Of a DNA stretch of 64,000 nucleotides, positions 13,685 through 26,893 are shown piece by piece. A program made the position numbers and the translations under genes. Source of the DNA: the human T2T-CHM13v2.0 reference genome, Homo sapiens; the NCBI RefSeq assembly GCF_009914755.1, contig NC_060942.1; one strand, given 5' to 3'. The notes below the pieces were generated by a model, which worked only from the letters and a program-made list of their open reading frames with translations, had not been told where the DNA came from and did no database searches. The first letter of the stretch is position 1. Every line of letters begins with the position of its first letter.

Positions 13685-14559
13685 GACATGTAGAAATATT
13701 AATTTTAAAAAATGAACAGAAGGCACCAAGTAGAAAAAGAGATTTGCAACACATAACTGGGAAATAAATCACATTTAGATCATACAAACAACTTATAAAT
13801 CAGTAAGAAGAGACAAATAAGATAATGGAAATTAGGCAAGAGACTTAAAAAGGCTTTCACAAAAGAAATACAAATGGACAATTAACTTATTAAAATATGC
13901 TCAACCCCATTAGAACCCAGAGAAATGTAAATTAAACCAGAAGGAGATATTTTACACTCACATGATTTATAAAGATTAAAATGCTTGACAGCACCAAGTA
14001 TTGGCAAAGCTGTGGAGCAGCAGCAAAAGCACTTTGGTATACAATTGAGCATCACCTGGGTAAAGCTGAAATCCACATATACTTCATGAGGATCAGAAAA
14101 TAAATGGCTTGATATTTGTAACAGAATAAAAAAGAAAATGTCTCAAATATTCATCAATAGAAAGTTAAGAAATTGTGGCATAATTTTACAATGCATAGCA
14201 ATGAAAAACTGAGTTACATCTATTTACATCAACTTAGATGAACTGCAAAAGTGTCCTATTGAGAATACAAGATGAGTCACACAAAATTATGTATAGTACA
14301 GTACCATTTATAAAACATTGGAAAACTAAAGTAAGCATTGCTTAATGTTCTGTGTTCATGTGTATGGATGTTTTTGTGTCTGCCTGTGTGTTACAACTAC
14401 AAAGACAGATCTTAGCTTCTAAATATCTTTCTCCATTCCAAAGAACCAGTGACCCGTGGTGACTGGGGCTGATAAAGTGCAGAATGAATCATAAACATTG
14501 TGTGTTGGGATGTGCATGTGTGTGTGTGTGTGAGCTTGCCTGCACACATGTGCCAGAAA

Positions 14560-15650
14560 ATAAGGAAGTTCATTAGAAATGATGGAGTATGTCTGAAGGA
14601 CACAGTAGTTTGCTTGAAGATACTTTTACTGGCCAAATAGGGAAAAATTTTAGTTCATCAGTTATTTATTCCTGTGTAACAAATTACCACAGACTTAAAA
14701 ATGTAAAATAACATCTGTTTTTCAGTTTTATAGGGAAGATCAAAAGTCTAGGCTTGATTGGGGTCACATGAGACCTTGAGCTTAGTCCTTGTCATTTGGC
14801 ATCTACATAAGGATCCACCTCCAATATCACATGGGTTGTTGGCAGAAGACTGAGGACTCTGTCTTCTTGCAAGCTGGTGGTGGTGGGTGCTGCAAGCTCC
14901 TAGAGACCACCCACATTTCTTGTCATCAGGCCTCCACTTTCAAAGCCCAGAAAAGGGAATTTCTCATAACAAATCCCTCTCATATTTTGAATCTTTCTTA
15001 TCAGAAAGAGGATCACCAACAGTAGGACAAATCCATATCATGTGCCTCCTGATATGCTGTGCTGAGAAGGACGTAATATCACTTCTACTGTACTCCTGCC
15101 AACAGTGAATAACATGAATCTAATCCTGAGCAATCATCAGGCAAGCCCTGACTGAAAATGTTTCTTATTAAAACTAGACCAACACTTCAAATATGTCAAT
15201 TGCACAGTAAGAGGTTTATGTTAAAGGACAATAAGGAAACAACATAAGCAAATGCAATTTGATCCCACATTAGATCCTCTATTAAAGGGATGAATAATAT
15301 TTTGGGGATAAAAGGATAAAAGGACATTTTTGTAATGATTTATGAAATATGAATATAGATGAGATTACATAATATTAGATTAAAGGTAAATTTTCTAATT
15401 TTTATAATTGCTCCGTGATTTTGTAAGACAATGTCCATGTACTTAGGAAATAAGCAAGTATTTCGGGATAAAAGGTCACGCATGATTCTGCAACCTAATT
15501 TCAAATGTTACAGGAAGAAAAATACATGTCTATATACACAAACAGAGAGAGAGATTGAGATGGAGAAGTTGAAAATAATAAAAATATTATTTGGAAATCT
15601 TACAACTTTCAGAAAATTTTAAATTTTATCAAAATAACAACTTAAAAAAA
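14560..15650 (+). mobile_element. L1MC4-like 3' UTR (split by MLT1E)
   Basis: aatgatggagtatgtctgaaggacacag..actggccaaatagggaaaa and tcaccaacagtaggacaaat..catgtgcctcctgat..tgaatctaatc; A-rich end. Confidence 0.8.
14657..14998 (-). mobile_element. MLT1E-like MaLR LTR fragment
   Basis: tgtgtaacaaattaccaca..gttgttggcagaagactgagg..agctcctagagaccacc..ttcaaagcc..aatccctctca. Confidence 0.75.
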
Positions 15651-16008
15651 CAAAAAGATAAAAGCAAACATCAAAAAAGGGAGGACAATGATTAACTTTG
15701 GGAGGAGAAGTCATTTGGTTTCAAATGGGTAAGAAATAAAGGAAATTTGGCATCGTTCTAGGCATTGGCAATATTTTGGTTATAAAAGTGGGTTCTGGCT
15801 ACACAAATTTATATTACGTTTTTGGTTCTTTCCTTTTACATAAAAATCATTAACCTTTTGTGGATCAAATACTTCATAACTTAAAACAAAGAAAAAGAAT
15901 AAATGATGGAAATAAGAAAGAAAAGAAGGTAGGAAGGAAGGCGGGGGGGAAAGGCAAGCAGGCAAGTCATCTTGGCCTCTTTTAGGGGCCACTTGGATTC
16001 ATATGCTA

Positions 16009-16824
16009 CAGTGGTGTTTCCCAAAGTGTAGTCCTCAGGGACTATGGTAGTTAATTTTATGTGTCAACTTGACTGAGCTTTGGGATGTCCAGATATTGGG
16101 TCAAACATTATTCCGGGTATGTCTGTAAGGGTTTTTCTGGATGAGATGAATGTTGGAAAGAGTAGAACAAGTAAAGCAGATTGCCCTTCATAATGTGGGT
16201 GGGCCTCTTCCGATCAAGCTCTGAATAGCACAAAAGGCTGACCCTCTTGCAAATAAGAAGGGACTTCTCTTGCCTGACTACCTTCAAACTGGGTTATGAG
16301 TTTTTCCCTAACTTCAAACTTAAGCTGATATTTTGACTCTTCCTGGGTCTCAAGCCTCCTGCAGTCTTTCAGATTGGAACCACATTATCAGCTCAATTGG
16401 TTCTCAGGCCTTTGGATGTGGACTGGAGCTACATCATCAGCTTTCTTGGGTCTCCAGCTTCTCAACTGATTATCTTGGGAATTGTCAGGCTTCCTAATTG
16501 CATGATTGCATGAGTCAATTCCTTCTATTTCCTTATAATAAATTCTGTGTGTGTGTGTGTGTGTGTGTGTATCTCTCTCTGTCTCTATGTGTGTGTTTGT
16601 GTGTGTGTGTGTATAATCTCCTTCTCTCTAAAGGCAGTTTCTCTGACAAACCCTTGCTAATACAAACTCCTACCTGTATTTCAAAATCACTTGATCTGCT
16701 TATTAAAAATGCAGATTCTTGAACTCCACCCCAGACCTACTGATCCTAAGACTGTGGTTGGTTGTGAAAATCTGTTTTAAACAAGATCCTCCCTACTTTA
16801 TGTAGAACAAAATTTAGAACCGCC
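16009..16824. mobile_element. MER5-type hAT-Charlie MITE split by MLT2
   Basis: cagtggtgtttcccaaagtgtagtcc, then ttaaaaatgcagattcttgaactccaccccagacctactga. Confidence 0.8.
16043..16664 (+). mobile_element. MLT2B-type ERVL solo LTR with internal (TG)n
   Basis: ttaattttatgtgtcaacttgactg..gtaaagcagattgcccttcataatgtgggtgggcc..ctaataca. Confidence 0.9.
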
Positions 16825-16849
16825 ACACATTGGAACTTAATGGAGCACA

Positions 16850-18190
16850 TATTTGTACTAAATCCTATGTTTGCTGTTGAGTATTTGTTAAGATGGCTTC
16901 AGAGTATGTGAAACATCTCAGGTTATTTGTTAGGGATCACTTTGCATTCGTTGTCTTGTTTCCTTATTCTCCTTTAACATGAACCTCTTCCTTACTAATA
17001 TGATCAACATGTTTGAGTGTTGGTCTAGTTTTATTCTGGAAACATTCTCAGTCAGTGTCTGCCTGAAGATTGCTCAGGATTAGATTCATGGTATTCACTG
17101 TGTAGTAGAAGTTACATTGTGTCCTGTTCAGTGCACTGTATCAGGAAGCACAGGATACAGATTTGTCCTACTGTTGCTGATCCTCTTTCTGATGAGAAAG
17201 ATTCAAAATATGAGAGGAATTTAATGTGAAAAATTCTCTTTTCTTGGCTTTGAAAATGGAGGCCTGATGACAAGAAATGTGGGTGATCTCTAGGAGCTTG
17301 GAGCACCCACCACCACCAGATGGTAAGAAGATGGAGTCCTAGTCATCTGCCAACAATCCATTTGATACTGGGAGTAGATCCTTATGTAGATCCTCTAGAT
17401 AAAAATCCCAACCTTGGTAAAAAAAAAAAAAAACTTGTGCCGCTTCAAGTGTCCCCTGTCTTGGTAAATGGCACGAACATGGATTGATTTGTACAAAACA
17501 AAAACTAGAGGGTCATTCTTTACAACTTTCCTTCGTCCATTGTAGCCAATAAATTAACAAATATGGGTTTTATCTTTTACATATATCTCCATTTCACCAC
17601 TTTTCCCCAAGCTCACTCTCTTTCTCTAACAAAAGTGTTCTTCTACCTTGACTATTGCAAAAAAAACCCTCAATTATTCTCCCATTCTCTAATATTGCTG
17701 CTTCTAAGAAATTCATCATACCTCTGCTCTTCCTTTTCCAAAGTAAAGTAACATCAGTTTTTACTTTCTTTTTTCCCTACCAGCTCACAAGCTAAATTAA
17801 GAGTCATAATGGTTTTATAATGCTTTTAGTGTTAAAAAACAAAATCTATATCATGATATAGATGACTATGAGTGCTGTGGCCTTCATTGATTCTGTACCA
17901 TTACTATAGATCTTCTTATCTTTCCTAAAAGATCCTCGCTGTCTCCCAGCTCGGTCTTCTCACTTTCTGTTCCTTTGCCCAGAATACTTTTCCTTCATAT
18001 TACAACAGTGCTTGCTCTTCATGACATCCACATCTTTGCCCAAATATCTCCCCTAAGTCTTCCCTCACCATCTTAACTAAAATTACTTTCATGCCATCAC
18101 TATTTCCTTTTCTGCTTAATATTTTTCATAGTATTTATTATTATCACAAAATTGAATTATGTATTTGGCTAGTTACTTCCTTTGCTTACA
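16850..18190 (+). mobile_element. L2 fragment interrupted by the inverted-duplication copy (16933-17391)
   Basis: tcttggtaaatggcac..aaaactagagggtcattctt and gcccagaatacttttcc..caaatatctcccc follow L2 order; left boundary weak. Confidence 0.6.
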
Positions 18191-18229
18191 ACTTCCATGA
18201 ACCCTCAGATAAGGTCAGTTTCTACTAAT

Positions 18230-18293
18230 TATATATATATACACACACACATATATATACACATGTGTATATATATGTATATATGTATATATA
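18230..18293. repeat. (TA)n/(CA)n compound microsatellite containing a 30-bp perfect palindrome
   Basis: acatatatatacacatgtgtatatatatgt (18249-18278) equals its own reverse complement. Confidence 0.9.
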
Positions 18294-19170
18294 GCAGTTG
18301 AACATCTTTAATGTAATTGGCACCCTTGAAATGTTTACAAGTATTTACAATCATAGGATAACTCTTTATTTCATAAAAAATGTATAATCTCTATGAGGGA
18401 AAGACTGTCAGTTTTTTTCTCAAATATATGACTAGCATGTTATAAAACTGCATGATATGTTCTCAATAAATAGTCTTTGAAGGAATACATTCAACTATAA
18501 ATGCATGAATATCATTCAGGTTCTGCTTCTCTCCTTGACCTCAGGTCCAAAGACAACCTTAATCTTCCTTTTTTTCCCCACCCTTTAAGCTGTGGTAGAG
18601 TAAGACTAAAATATGATGATCAAATGAGTGTCTGAAAATTAGATTATGGTAATTGGAATTTATGGCAATATGATAAAAAGCCTAATCTACAGTAAACATA
18701 CACAAAAAGAAAAACACATAGAAACAAATTTTGTAGCATAAAAAGCTGGGATCACTAGTAAGGGTTGCTAGTATACTCTCAGATGTACCATCCTCAACAT
18801 GTTTGAAACAATCACACCTTGGAAGTCTTTCGAGAGACATGATGATTTGTCATGGGCCTCAAGCAGGGCAGGACCTTTAGGACCTTGGCAACAGCTTTGC
18901 CCAGTGCAGCAGGGCATGAGGCAGAGAACTGGGAATGTACAGCTCAGAATGTCTATGTCAAAAGACAGGGCACAGTGCCTGGGAGTTAGTGCTGTCTCCA
19001 GGCATGGCTCAAGTGCTAGCTGCCATCACCATTTCAAGGTGAGGAAGGTAACTCAAGGTCTCAGATGGAGGGGTAGGTGGCGTCTGAAATGTGGGTCTAT
19101 GGCAGATAGAGTTCCAGAGGCCAGAGTTCTGCAGACTTTTGAAAGGAGATTGGAAGGACCAATGAGTATG

Positions 19171-19596
19171 TGTATTAATCAGGGTTCTCTAGAGGGACAA
19201 AACTAATAGGATAGATAATTAAAGTATTAACTCAGATGATCACAAGGTCCCACAATAGGCTGTCAGCAAGCTGAGGAGCAAGGAAGCCTGTCTGAGTTCC
19301 AAAGCTGAAGAACTTGGAGTCTGATGTTTGAGGGCAGGAAGCATCCAGCACGGGAGAAAGATGTAGCCTGAGAGGCTAAGCCAGTCTCTCTTTTCATGTT
19401 TTTCTGCCTGCTTTATATCCTGGCTGTGCTGACAGCTGATGAAATGGTGCCCACCCAGATTAAGGGTGGGTCTGTCTTTCCCAGCCCACTGACTCAACTG
19501 TTAGTTTCCTTTGGCAGTGCCCTCACAGACACACCCAAGATCAATACTTTGCATCCTTCAATCCAGTCAAGTTGACACTCAGTATTAACCATCACA
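19171..19596 (-). mobile_element. MLT2A-type ERVL solo LTR with perfect 5-bp TSD
   Basis: tgtattaatcagggttctctagagggac..caagttgacactcagtattaaccatcaca; TSD gtatg at 19166-19170 and 19597-19601. Confidence 0.95.
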
Positions 19597-20078
19597 GTAT
19601 GTGAGCAGCTTTAGGTATGTAGATAAAATATCTAGCTGGAACCAGAACTAAGGCAAAAGCTTGTTAATTTGATTAGTGGTATCCAGGGGACTTAATCATT
19701 CATATTTGAACACTTGAGCCTTCTCTTTGAGTCAAATGGAACAAAGAAATAAGAAAGAGAAATTGAACAAAAGGTAATAGTTATTGGGCCTTCATTGTGT
19801 CCAGGTAGTTTCATGCAATACCTCTTTTATTCCTCATAGTAGCCCTTCAAAATGCATAAGCATGTAGTAGGAAAGTGGTATGTTGTCATTATTTAGGGAT
19901 ACACTCTACCAATAAGAAATCCATCTGGACATTTTGGTCCTACTTCTCTCCTTACTTTGAGAATCACTGAGATAAATAAATTCAGAAAAATGCAAAACAA
20001 TCTCAGGTGCTCATGTTATGGAAAATGCAAATGAGGTTCAGAATGGATAAAATATTTCCTAAAGGTGACAATAGCTAG

Positions 20079-20380
20079 TATAGTAGGCAGAATAAGTTCT
20101 CCTTTCCCCACCAAAAAATGTCTACTTCCTAATTCTTGAAACCTGTGAATATGTTACATGCAAAAGGGAAATCAACGTAGAAGATGGAATCAATGTTACT
20201 AATCAACTAACTTTAAAATAGGTATATTATCCTAGATTACCCATGCGGACCCAATGTAATGAAAAAGGCCCTTAGATGGGGAAAAGGGAAGGAGCATCAG
20301 AGTGATATGATGTGAGAAAGACTCCACTGAACATTACTGCCTTTGAAGTTGGAAGTGGGCTGGGAGCCAAGAAATGAGGA
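20079..20380 (+). mobile_element. MLT1E-like MaLR LTR 5' part
   Basis: tagtaggcagaataa..aacctgtgaatatgttac..gatggaatcaatgttactaatca..ttatcctagattacc. Confidence 0.8.
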
Positions 20381-21658
20381 CTATGGCCCAAACACTTTCC
20401 CCTGAAAGTCAGGTGACACCCCAAGGACTAAGCAAAAGAGGGGGGAAATCCCTGAACTGACTGAACTTAAGCCAGGATAGATTATATGGACCATGAAATG
20501 AATACAATCACATCTTCTGTGATGAAGTGGACTAGGAGGCTCAAAGCAGAGTTTAAGTTTAATTACAAAAAAAAAAAAAAATACAACTCAAATATATCTG
20601 AGAGAGTGAGTGAGAAACAACCACAGTAATCTTTCAGTTTACAGATTGGAAACTCTGGGACATTTTCAAATCATTTCCATTTTGAAAATATGCATATAAT
20701 TATTTTGTTCTGTGACAAAGTGGGAGTGGCACACAGACATTACATTGTCTTCTGATTACTATTTATTTTCTCCTCTCCTGTTTTATTTGCTGAACCAGAT
20801 AACTTTTTGGGAAGCATATTAAAGGTTTTGAAACAGAAACAATAAATTCTTTTCTCCTTGTAAATAGGAATAAGCCATGAAATCTCTGGTTTCAGAAATA
20901 GGCAGGCTTTGTCTATATGTATTGTGAAAATACCATAATTGGTTAAAATTAGCATTTTTTCAACTTCCATTTAAAAATGCTATTTATTTTAGTAGGAACT
21001 AGACTAGACCAATTAAATTTTTTCTAACTATAAACAGGTTAAGTATAAAAACATTGAAGTAGAAACACAAAGTGATAAGGACCATGTTTCTGAATTAGCA
21101 CCATTGCGTGTGTGTGTGGGTTGAGGGGGTGTATAATTCTTGTAGGTTGATGTTCCTGGCAATTGCCCACAAAATTGCTTCAGGATCCAGTCCTACCACA
21201 AGTGGAAAACCTTGGCCGACTTTTATTTTTACTGTATACAGCTGGATCTAATAACCTCCTCACTCCTACTTGATGAGAAATGTTTCTTATCTCTTTCTAT
21301 GGGAGGAAAATAGGATATCTATCACAGTTGCCATCAGATTTTTGACATTGGCTGCATGGCTTGGCTTTGTCCCTTAGGTCCACATGACATGTTCCACTGC
21401 ATCATTCTGGTTTTTGCTTTTCACAGGAATGGCCTGAGGCATTCTTCTTTCTCCCACCTCTTCCCCCACTCACCCTGAGCCTGACTGTGCTCACCTGTAA
21501 TCTTCTTGATCTAATCTACCAAATACAGTTAATTCACTTCCACCAACCAGTATCCACCCAATTTTAAACTCTATGGAAATAAAGTTGGTGGAAAAAGAGT
21601 GAAAATTCATTTTACTGAGTTTCCTATGATAGGAATGAGGAGGTTATTAGATCCAGCT

Positions 21659-21659
21659 C

Positions 21660-21690
<31 letters not shown>

Positions 21691-21703
21691 ATATATATAT
21701 ATA
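21659..21703. repeat. (TG)n(TA)n microsatellite
   Basis: Directly visible. Confidence 0.95.
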
Positions 21704-21714
21704 TTTACCTATGT

Positions 21715-22110
21715 TGAAAGTAGCGAACTAGACACACTCTGTCTTGAAATTAATCCTAGTTCTGTTTCTTTCCAGTTGTAGAACTTTAGAAACTTATGAA
21801 GTAGACTTCAAGCTTGACTGCACATTGGAAGCATCTTTTCTTTTAAACATTCCAGTGCCCACGTGAGATCCCAAACCAATTAAATCACATTTTCTGGAGT
21901 TGGAACTCAGACACTAGTAAATTTTGAAGCTCCCCTGGTGGTTTCCAATGTTCAGAGAAGTTTGGGAAACATTGTGCTCACTTCTTAAACCTTAGAGTCC
22001 CAATCAAGATGATTTATAACTTTACCTCAGATCTTCACCTTGTAGAGTTTAATTGATAGTATATATGTGAAAGCCATTTATAAGCTGTAAATTTAGTCAT
22101 TAGTATTTTC
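21715..22110 (+). mobile_element. MIR split by a MER5A-like element (~21800-21975)
   Basis: aatcctagttctg..(ttgactgcacattggaagcatc..aagctcccctggtggtttccaatg..aagtttgggaaacattg)..tatatgtgaaagc. Confidence 0.65.
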
Positions 22111-22939
22111 CATAAGGTCTTGTATAGTGATAATGAGAAGTAAAATAAAGTCCCTGTCTCTTCTAGTTGATAGAATCACGAACAGATAATAAACAAAGGT
22201 TGCCAAATCACGCTCTGCTTTTCTTCCTTTTTCCCTGCTATAGGTTCTGCTTCCATTTTAAGCATGAAATGTGGAACAACAGAATGAATCACAGAAACAA
22301 GTCTCAGGAAGACTCATGCACTTCCATAATAAGGAGTATATAGACTAGATCAGCGTATTTTATCAAATTCTGTTTCCCATCCTCTTACTCTATACCATCT
22401 CTTCTATGCCAGTCTCCTATGTCGGATATCTGAACTAAGAGAAACTTTATTTTTATGTTTCATTTGTTGGGATTTTTAATTTTTTGAAAGTTAAGACTAT
22501 TGTGTGATTTAATTTATATTCTCCTTTCCTCACTATGATAGAAAAGGCATTAACATGGTATTAGAGGAATGAGGCAAAACCCGGAAGGAATGGGAAGGAA
22601 GGAAGGGTGGAGACCTCCAGCTGAGAGTAGAGTTACATGGTAGAATAAGCTATATTCTCTAGGCAGGAGAGGACCTCTTAAGACAACCCCAAAAGCTGAC
22701 TTGAAGGGAGGGGACGATAAGTGGCTTAATTAGTGCAAAGACAAATTTTATCTCCTCCTATGGTAGGAAAAACCACCTCTCCCACACACATACACACAAT
22801 CTGCAGGATGGGGTTGTATTGGTAGTATCTAGGCTCATTGAAGAACCAGGATGTCACATTTCTTTAACCCCATTAGTCAGAGCCCTTGATTGCTCACCGT
22901 CTTTCCCACAAAGGTTGCTATGCTTACCCACATGGTGGG

Positions 22940-23440
22940 ACCACATGAAAGTTTCAGTTGAATACAATTACGCAGCTCCTACCTGACAAGCTACAAACTG
23001 CTATAGAGATACAAGGAGAACTTTTCATCACAGACTCAGGTAGTTTACACTAAATGGGAAAATATGCTTTATAAGAAAATGCACGTCAGTAACTTCCAAG
23101 CTACAACTCAAGTTCAGATCTTTTGAATCCCCTACTTATTTACCCAAACATTTACTGATCTATCTAGAAAAAATTCTGTCAGGCACTTTAACTCAATGCG
23201 TACACAACTGAAATTGTGTCTCTGCCACATCGAATCTTTCAGTTCTTCTCCTATTCTTTTATCCAGTTAAAGGCACCGCTATCCACAGAGTTGTTCATTT
23301 TGGTTACCTGAAAATAGATCTCTCTCTCTTTCCCATCTGTGACCAAATGGTTACTAAGGCCTAGAATTTCTAGGTTCTTAATATCAAAAATATTTTATTT
23401 GTGCTCCATCTCTACTAAAACTGATATAGTTCATAACATT
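22940..23440 (+). mobile_element. L2 fragment
   Basis: aggcactttaactcaatg..aactgaaatt..cagttaaaggcaccgctatccacagagttg. Confidence 0.65.
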
Positions 23441-23441
23441 A

Positions 23442-23625
23442 ATAGCTAGCACCTGTATCATGCTTATTCTTTAATAATATTCTTGCTACTTAATATTCAA
23501 AACTGTTGACTGGGTTTATTTAAAATTATTATCCCTGTTTTACAGAGAAGTAAACTGAAGTGCAGAGAGGTCCAAGGCCAGTCCCCAAGCAAGTGACAGA
23601 GCCTCATTCACATTCAGGTGTTTCT
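23442..23625 (-). mobile_element. MIR
   Basis: attattatccctgttttacagagaagtaaactgaagtgcagagagg. Confidence 0.8.
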
Positions 23626-23671
23626 CTCCAGCTTATTTTCTAGCACTTAAACCTGTCCTTTCTTTCCTTCT

Positions 23672-24500
23672 TAAATTTTTATTTTGAAATAATTTCAGGC
23701 TTACTGAAAAGTTGTATGAATGGTAAGAAGAACTATACTTTACCCTTTTCTGTTGTCCCCAGTTGTTAAAAATTTTCCACACTTTTATACTTTCACTCCA
23801 TATATACATATTGTTCTTGTTGTATTCTTTCTGCTTTTATTTTTATCTAATATTATTCTAATATTATTATCATCATTGTTATTACTGAACCATTTGTGAG
23901 TAAGTTTCAGACATGACACCTTCAACTCTGAATACTTCCTTCTGAGTTTCCTGAGAACGATTTTCCAAATTCAAGACTTTAAGTTGGTTCCAATACTATT
24001 AACACATTTATAGACCTTGTTTACACTTTGTCATTTGCTTAATCATGTTGTTTTTCACAAAATAGGAAATCAAAATCAATTAATCAACAAATTATTCTAA
24101 CCGAGGGTCCAATCTAGGATCACACACTGCATTTAGTTGTTGTATCTTCTTTGTCTTTTTTAATATGGAGTTATTCCTTGGCCTGTCTTTAGCTGTTTTA
24201 AACTTGATAATGTTTTAGAAATAAGACCAGTTATTCTGAAGAATGTCCGACTATTTGGAGTCTTCTGATATTTCCTCATGATTTAAGTTATAAGGTTTTG
24301 ACAAAAACAAACACATACAAATTCTGTATTCTCTGTTCATTATACCAGAAAACACAATGTCAATTTGTCTCACTCCTTTGATTACATGGTTAAGGGGTGT
24401 CTTCCGTGTTTATCTAGTAAAATCTATTTTTCCCTTTTTCGTTAATGAGTTAATTTTGTGCAGGGATAATTTATGACTATGTCATCATTCTGTATATTTC
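23672..24500 (-). mobile_element. L1MC5-like 3' end
   Basis: tttttattttgaaataatttcaggcttactgaaaagttg..ctgaaccatttgtgagtaagtttcagacatga. Confidence 0.8.
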
Positions 24501-26099
24501 AATTATGTCAACCAGTTTGTAGTTTTTTTCATGTGTCAAACTTTGGCTTGGGAGGGTGATCTTCCAACTTTTGTTAGAACTCTTTCAAAGTGGGAAGAGT
24601 ATATGTTACAGGTAAAAAAAATCTGTAAAAAAAAACAATTTATTTATTTTATTTTTAACTTAAAAATAATTTCAGACCCACAAATATGTTGCAAAATTAG
24701 TGCAAAGAATTTTTGTGCATCCTTCACTTAGCTTTCCCAAATGTTAATATTTTCCATAACCATAGTTCAATTGGCAACATCAGGAAATGAAAGTTGATTC
24801 AATATACTGTTAACTGATCTACAGACCTTATTCACATTTTACCAATTGTTCTACTAATATCGTTTTTCCCTTCCAGGATTCAATCGAACTTGACACAATG
24901 AATTTATCTTTCATATCTCCTTAGTCTCTTTCAAACTGGTACAGTTCCTTATTCTTCCTTTGACTACCACAGATCTGTATTTTTGTAAGAGTACGAACAG
25001 TTATTTTGTAGTTATTCTATAGAAGACCCCTCTGCATGAATTTATCTGATGTTTCTTTATGGTTAAAATTGGACTTTGCATTTGAGACAGAAATACCACA
25101 CACGGAATGTTGCCTCCTGATCAATACAGCACACTAGGATGTTTATTTATTTATTAAACATCATGATGTTGACAAGCCCCATTCCGAGTGACGTGAACTT
25201 TGAGCACTTGGTTAAGATGATGTCCAAGTTTTTCCAATGTAATATTAATCTCTCCCCCACGCCACTTAATAAGTCTCTTTTCAGGAGTTACATTGAGACT
25301 ATGAAAATATCCTATTTCTCATCATACTTTTGCTCACTGATTTGGGCACCAATTCCTAACTGAAACAATGATGACTTGTTATTTGCTAAATGGTGATTTT
25401 CTACTGATATTTTTCCTGCTACATTTGTTAACTTTTATTCTACTGTAAAAAAAAACTGTCCCTACTCACACATATTTCTTAACTTATTCATTTATTTATG
25501 TCAGTATAGACTCATGGATATTGATTTTATTTTCTAGAATATAATTCATTACTATCTTTTTTTTGCTCATATTTTCATATATTTGGGCATTGAAAGCTCT
25601 TTTGAATTGCTTTTGTGTCTTTTGAGCATGCTTCCATAACTTTTTGAGCACTTTGGTTATTGGAATCTCATGATATTTTAGACTCTGCATTTACTTTCCC
25701 TGACTGGGAACTTGAATTAGACATTCCTTCAAGGAAGCCTGTTTTATTTCAGTAGAGAATGGTATTTAGAACCAAAATATAGATACTAGTTGTGTTCGTT
25801 GTATTGGAATGTCACTAATTCAAGGCCCTTTTAGAGGACATACATGCTAGTATGTGTATGATACATATATTTATATTGCATATGTACACACACACTTCCA
25901 TCTATATCTATTATTTCATACTTCAATTTCAATTCAACACCAAAGGATTTATTCTAGATTTCTCTATTTGTAACTCCTAACAGTAAGAAGCCTGCCTCTC
26001 AGTATCCACATATATTTACTTATTTTCTCAATCCTTTAATGCACGTAATGTAATAAAATTAGCCCATACAGCTGGGAAAAACTAATTTACTAACTAAAG

Positions 26100-26444
26100 C
26101 AGGGGTCCCCAACCGTGGGACCATGGACGGGTACTGTGGCCTGTTAGGAACCGGACCGCACATCAGGAGGTGAATGGCAGGCTAGGGAGTATTATCAGCT
26201 GAGCTCCAACTGCTGTCAGATCACTGGTGTTATTAGATTCTCATAGGAGCTCAAACCCTATTGTGAACTGCGCATGGGAGGAAATCTAGGTTGAGGCTCT
26301 TTATTAGAATCCAATAATGCCTGATAATCTGAGGTGGAACAGTTTCATCCCAAAACCATACCAGCCACCGCTGCCCTCCACACCCCTGCGGAAACTGTCT
26401 TCCATCAAAGTGGTGCCTGGTGCCAAAAAGGTCAGGGACCACTG
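26100..26444 (+). mobile_element. MER1B hAT-Charlie element with 8-bp TSD
   Basis: TIRs caggggtccccaacc / ggtcagggaccactg; TSD aactaaag (26092-26099) vs aactcaag (26445-26452). Confidence 0.92.
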
Positions 26445-26849
26445 AACTCAAGAGGAATGTTTGGGTACAGCTCTTTTAGTTGTAGAAAAATACCTTTCTC
26501 GATGTTATTTATTTTTTCTCCGTTTCCTTCAGTGGGGTTGGGTTATTTGCAAGAAAATTAAATTAATTTGTTACAGTTTGTATTCCAGTTTGGATTCCCC
26601 CAAATTCTGTTGGATAATTTAATTATTTCTTTGAACATCTGAAACCTTAACATTGTCCTAAATGTCAGAGCGACACAAAAACAAAGAAAGCAGAAACCAC
26701 ACAGATATACTCATTTCTTCTTTCTGTCAACCTGGTCTTTCCCCTACACCCTCTAGGTAAGAAAATCTCTTTAATTTATGGCTTTTCTTTTCTTTATTTT
26801 ATTCTTGCATAAATAATCAGATACATACATATTTCATTATATCAATTTT

Positions 26850-26893
26850 TTTCTTACATGAAATATGTATGTTTCTTACATGAAATATATATG
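26850..26893 (+). repeat. 22-bp tandem duplication
   Basis: tttcttacatgaaatatgtatg / tttcttacatgaaatatatatg. Confidence 0.9.

Larger units (their letters stand above)
14801..17391. repeat. Long inverted repeat: 14801-15266 (+) and 16933-17391 (-), ~1.67-kb spacer
   Basis: Hand alignment gives about 25 differences in the first ~233 nt and more in the distal half; the ORF track shows near-identical MLQAPRDHPHFLSSGLHFQS peptides on opposite strands. Confidence 0.95.

Noticed and set aside
14887-17306. Paired ORFs MLQAPRDHPHFLSSGLHFQS.. as a duplicated small gene
   Set aside because: They have non-ATG starts, derive from MLT1E/L1MC4 sequence, and are a by-product of the inverted duplication
18799-19206. 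135-aa ORF
   Set aside because: Runs into the MLT2A LTR, and the upstream part looks like decayed LTR-like sequence; no homology recognised
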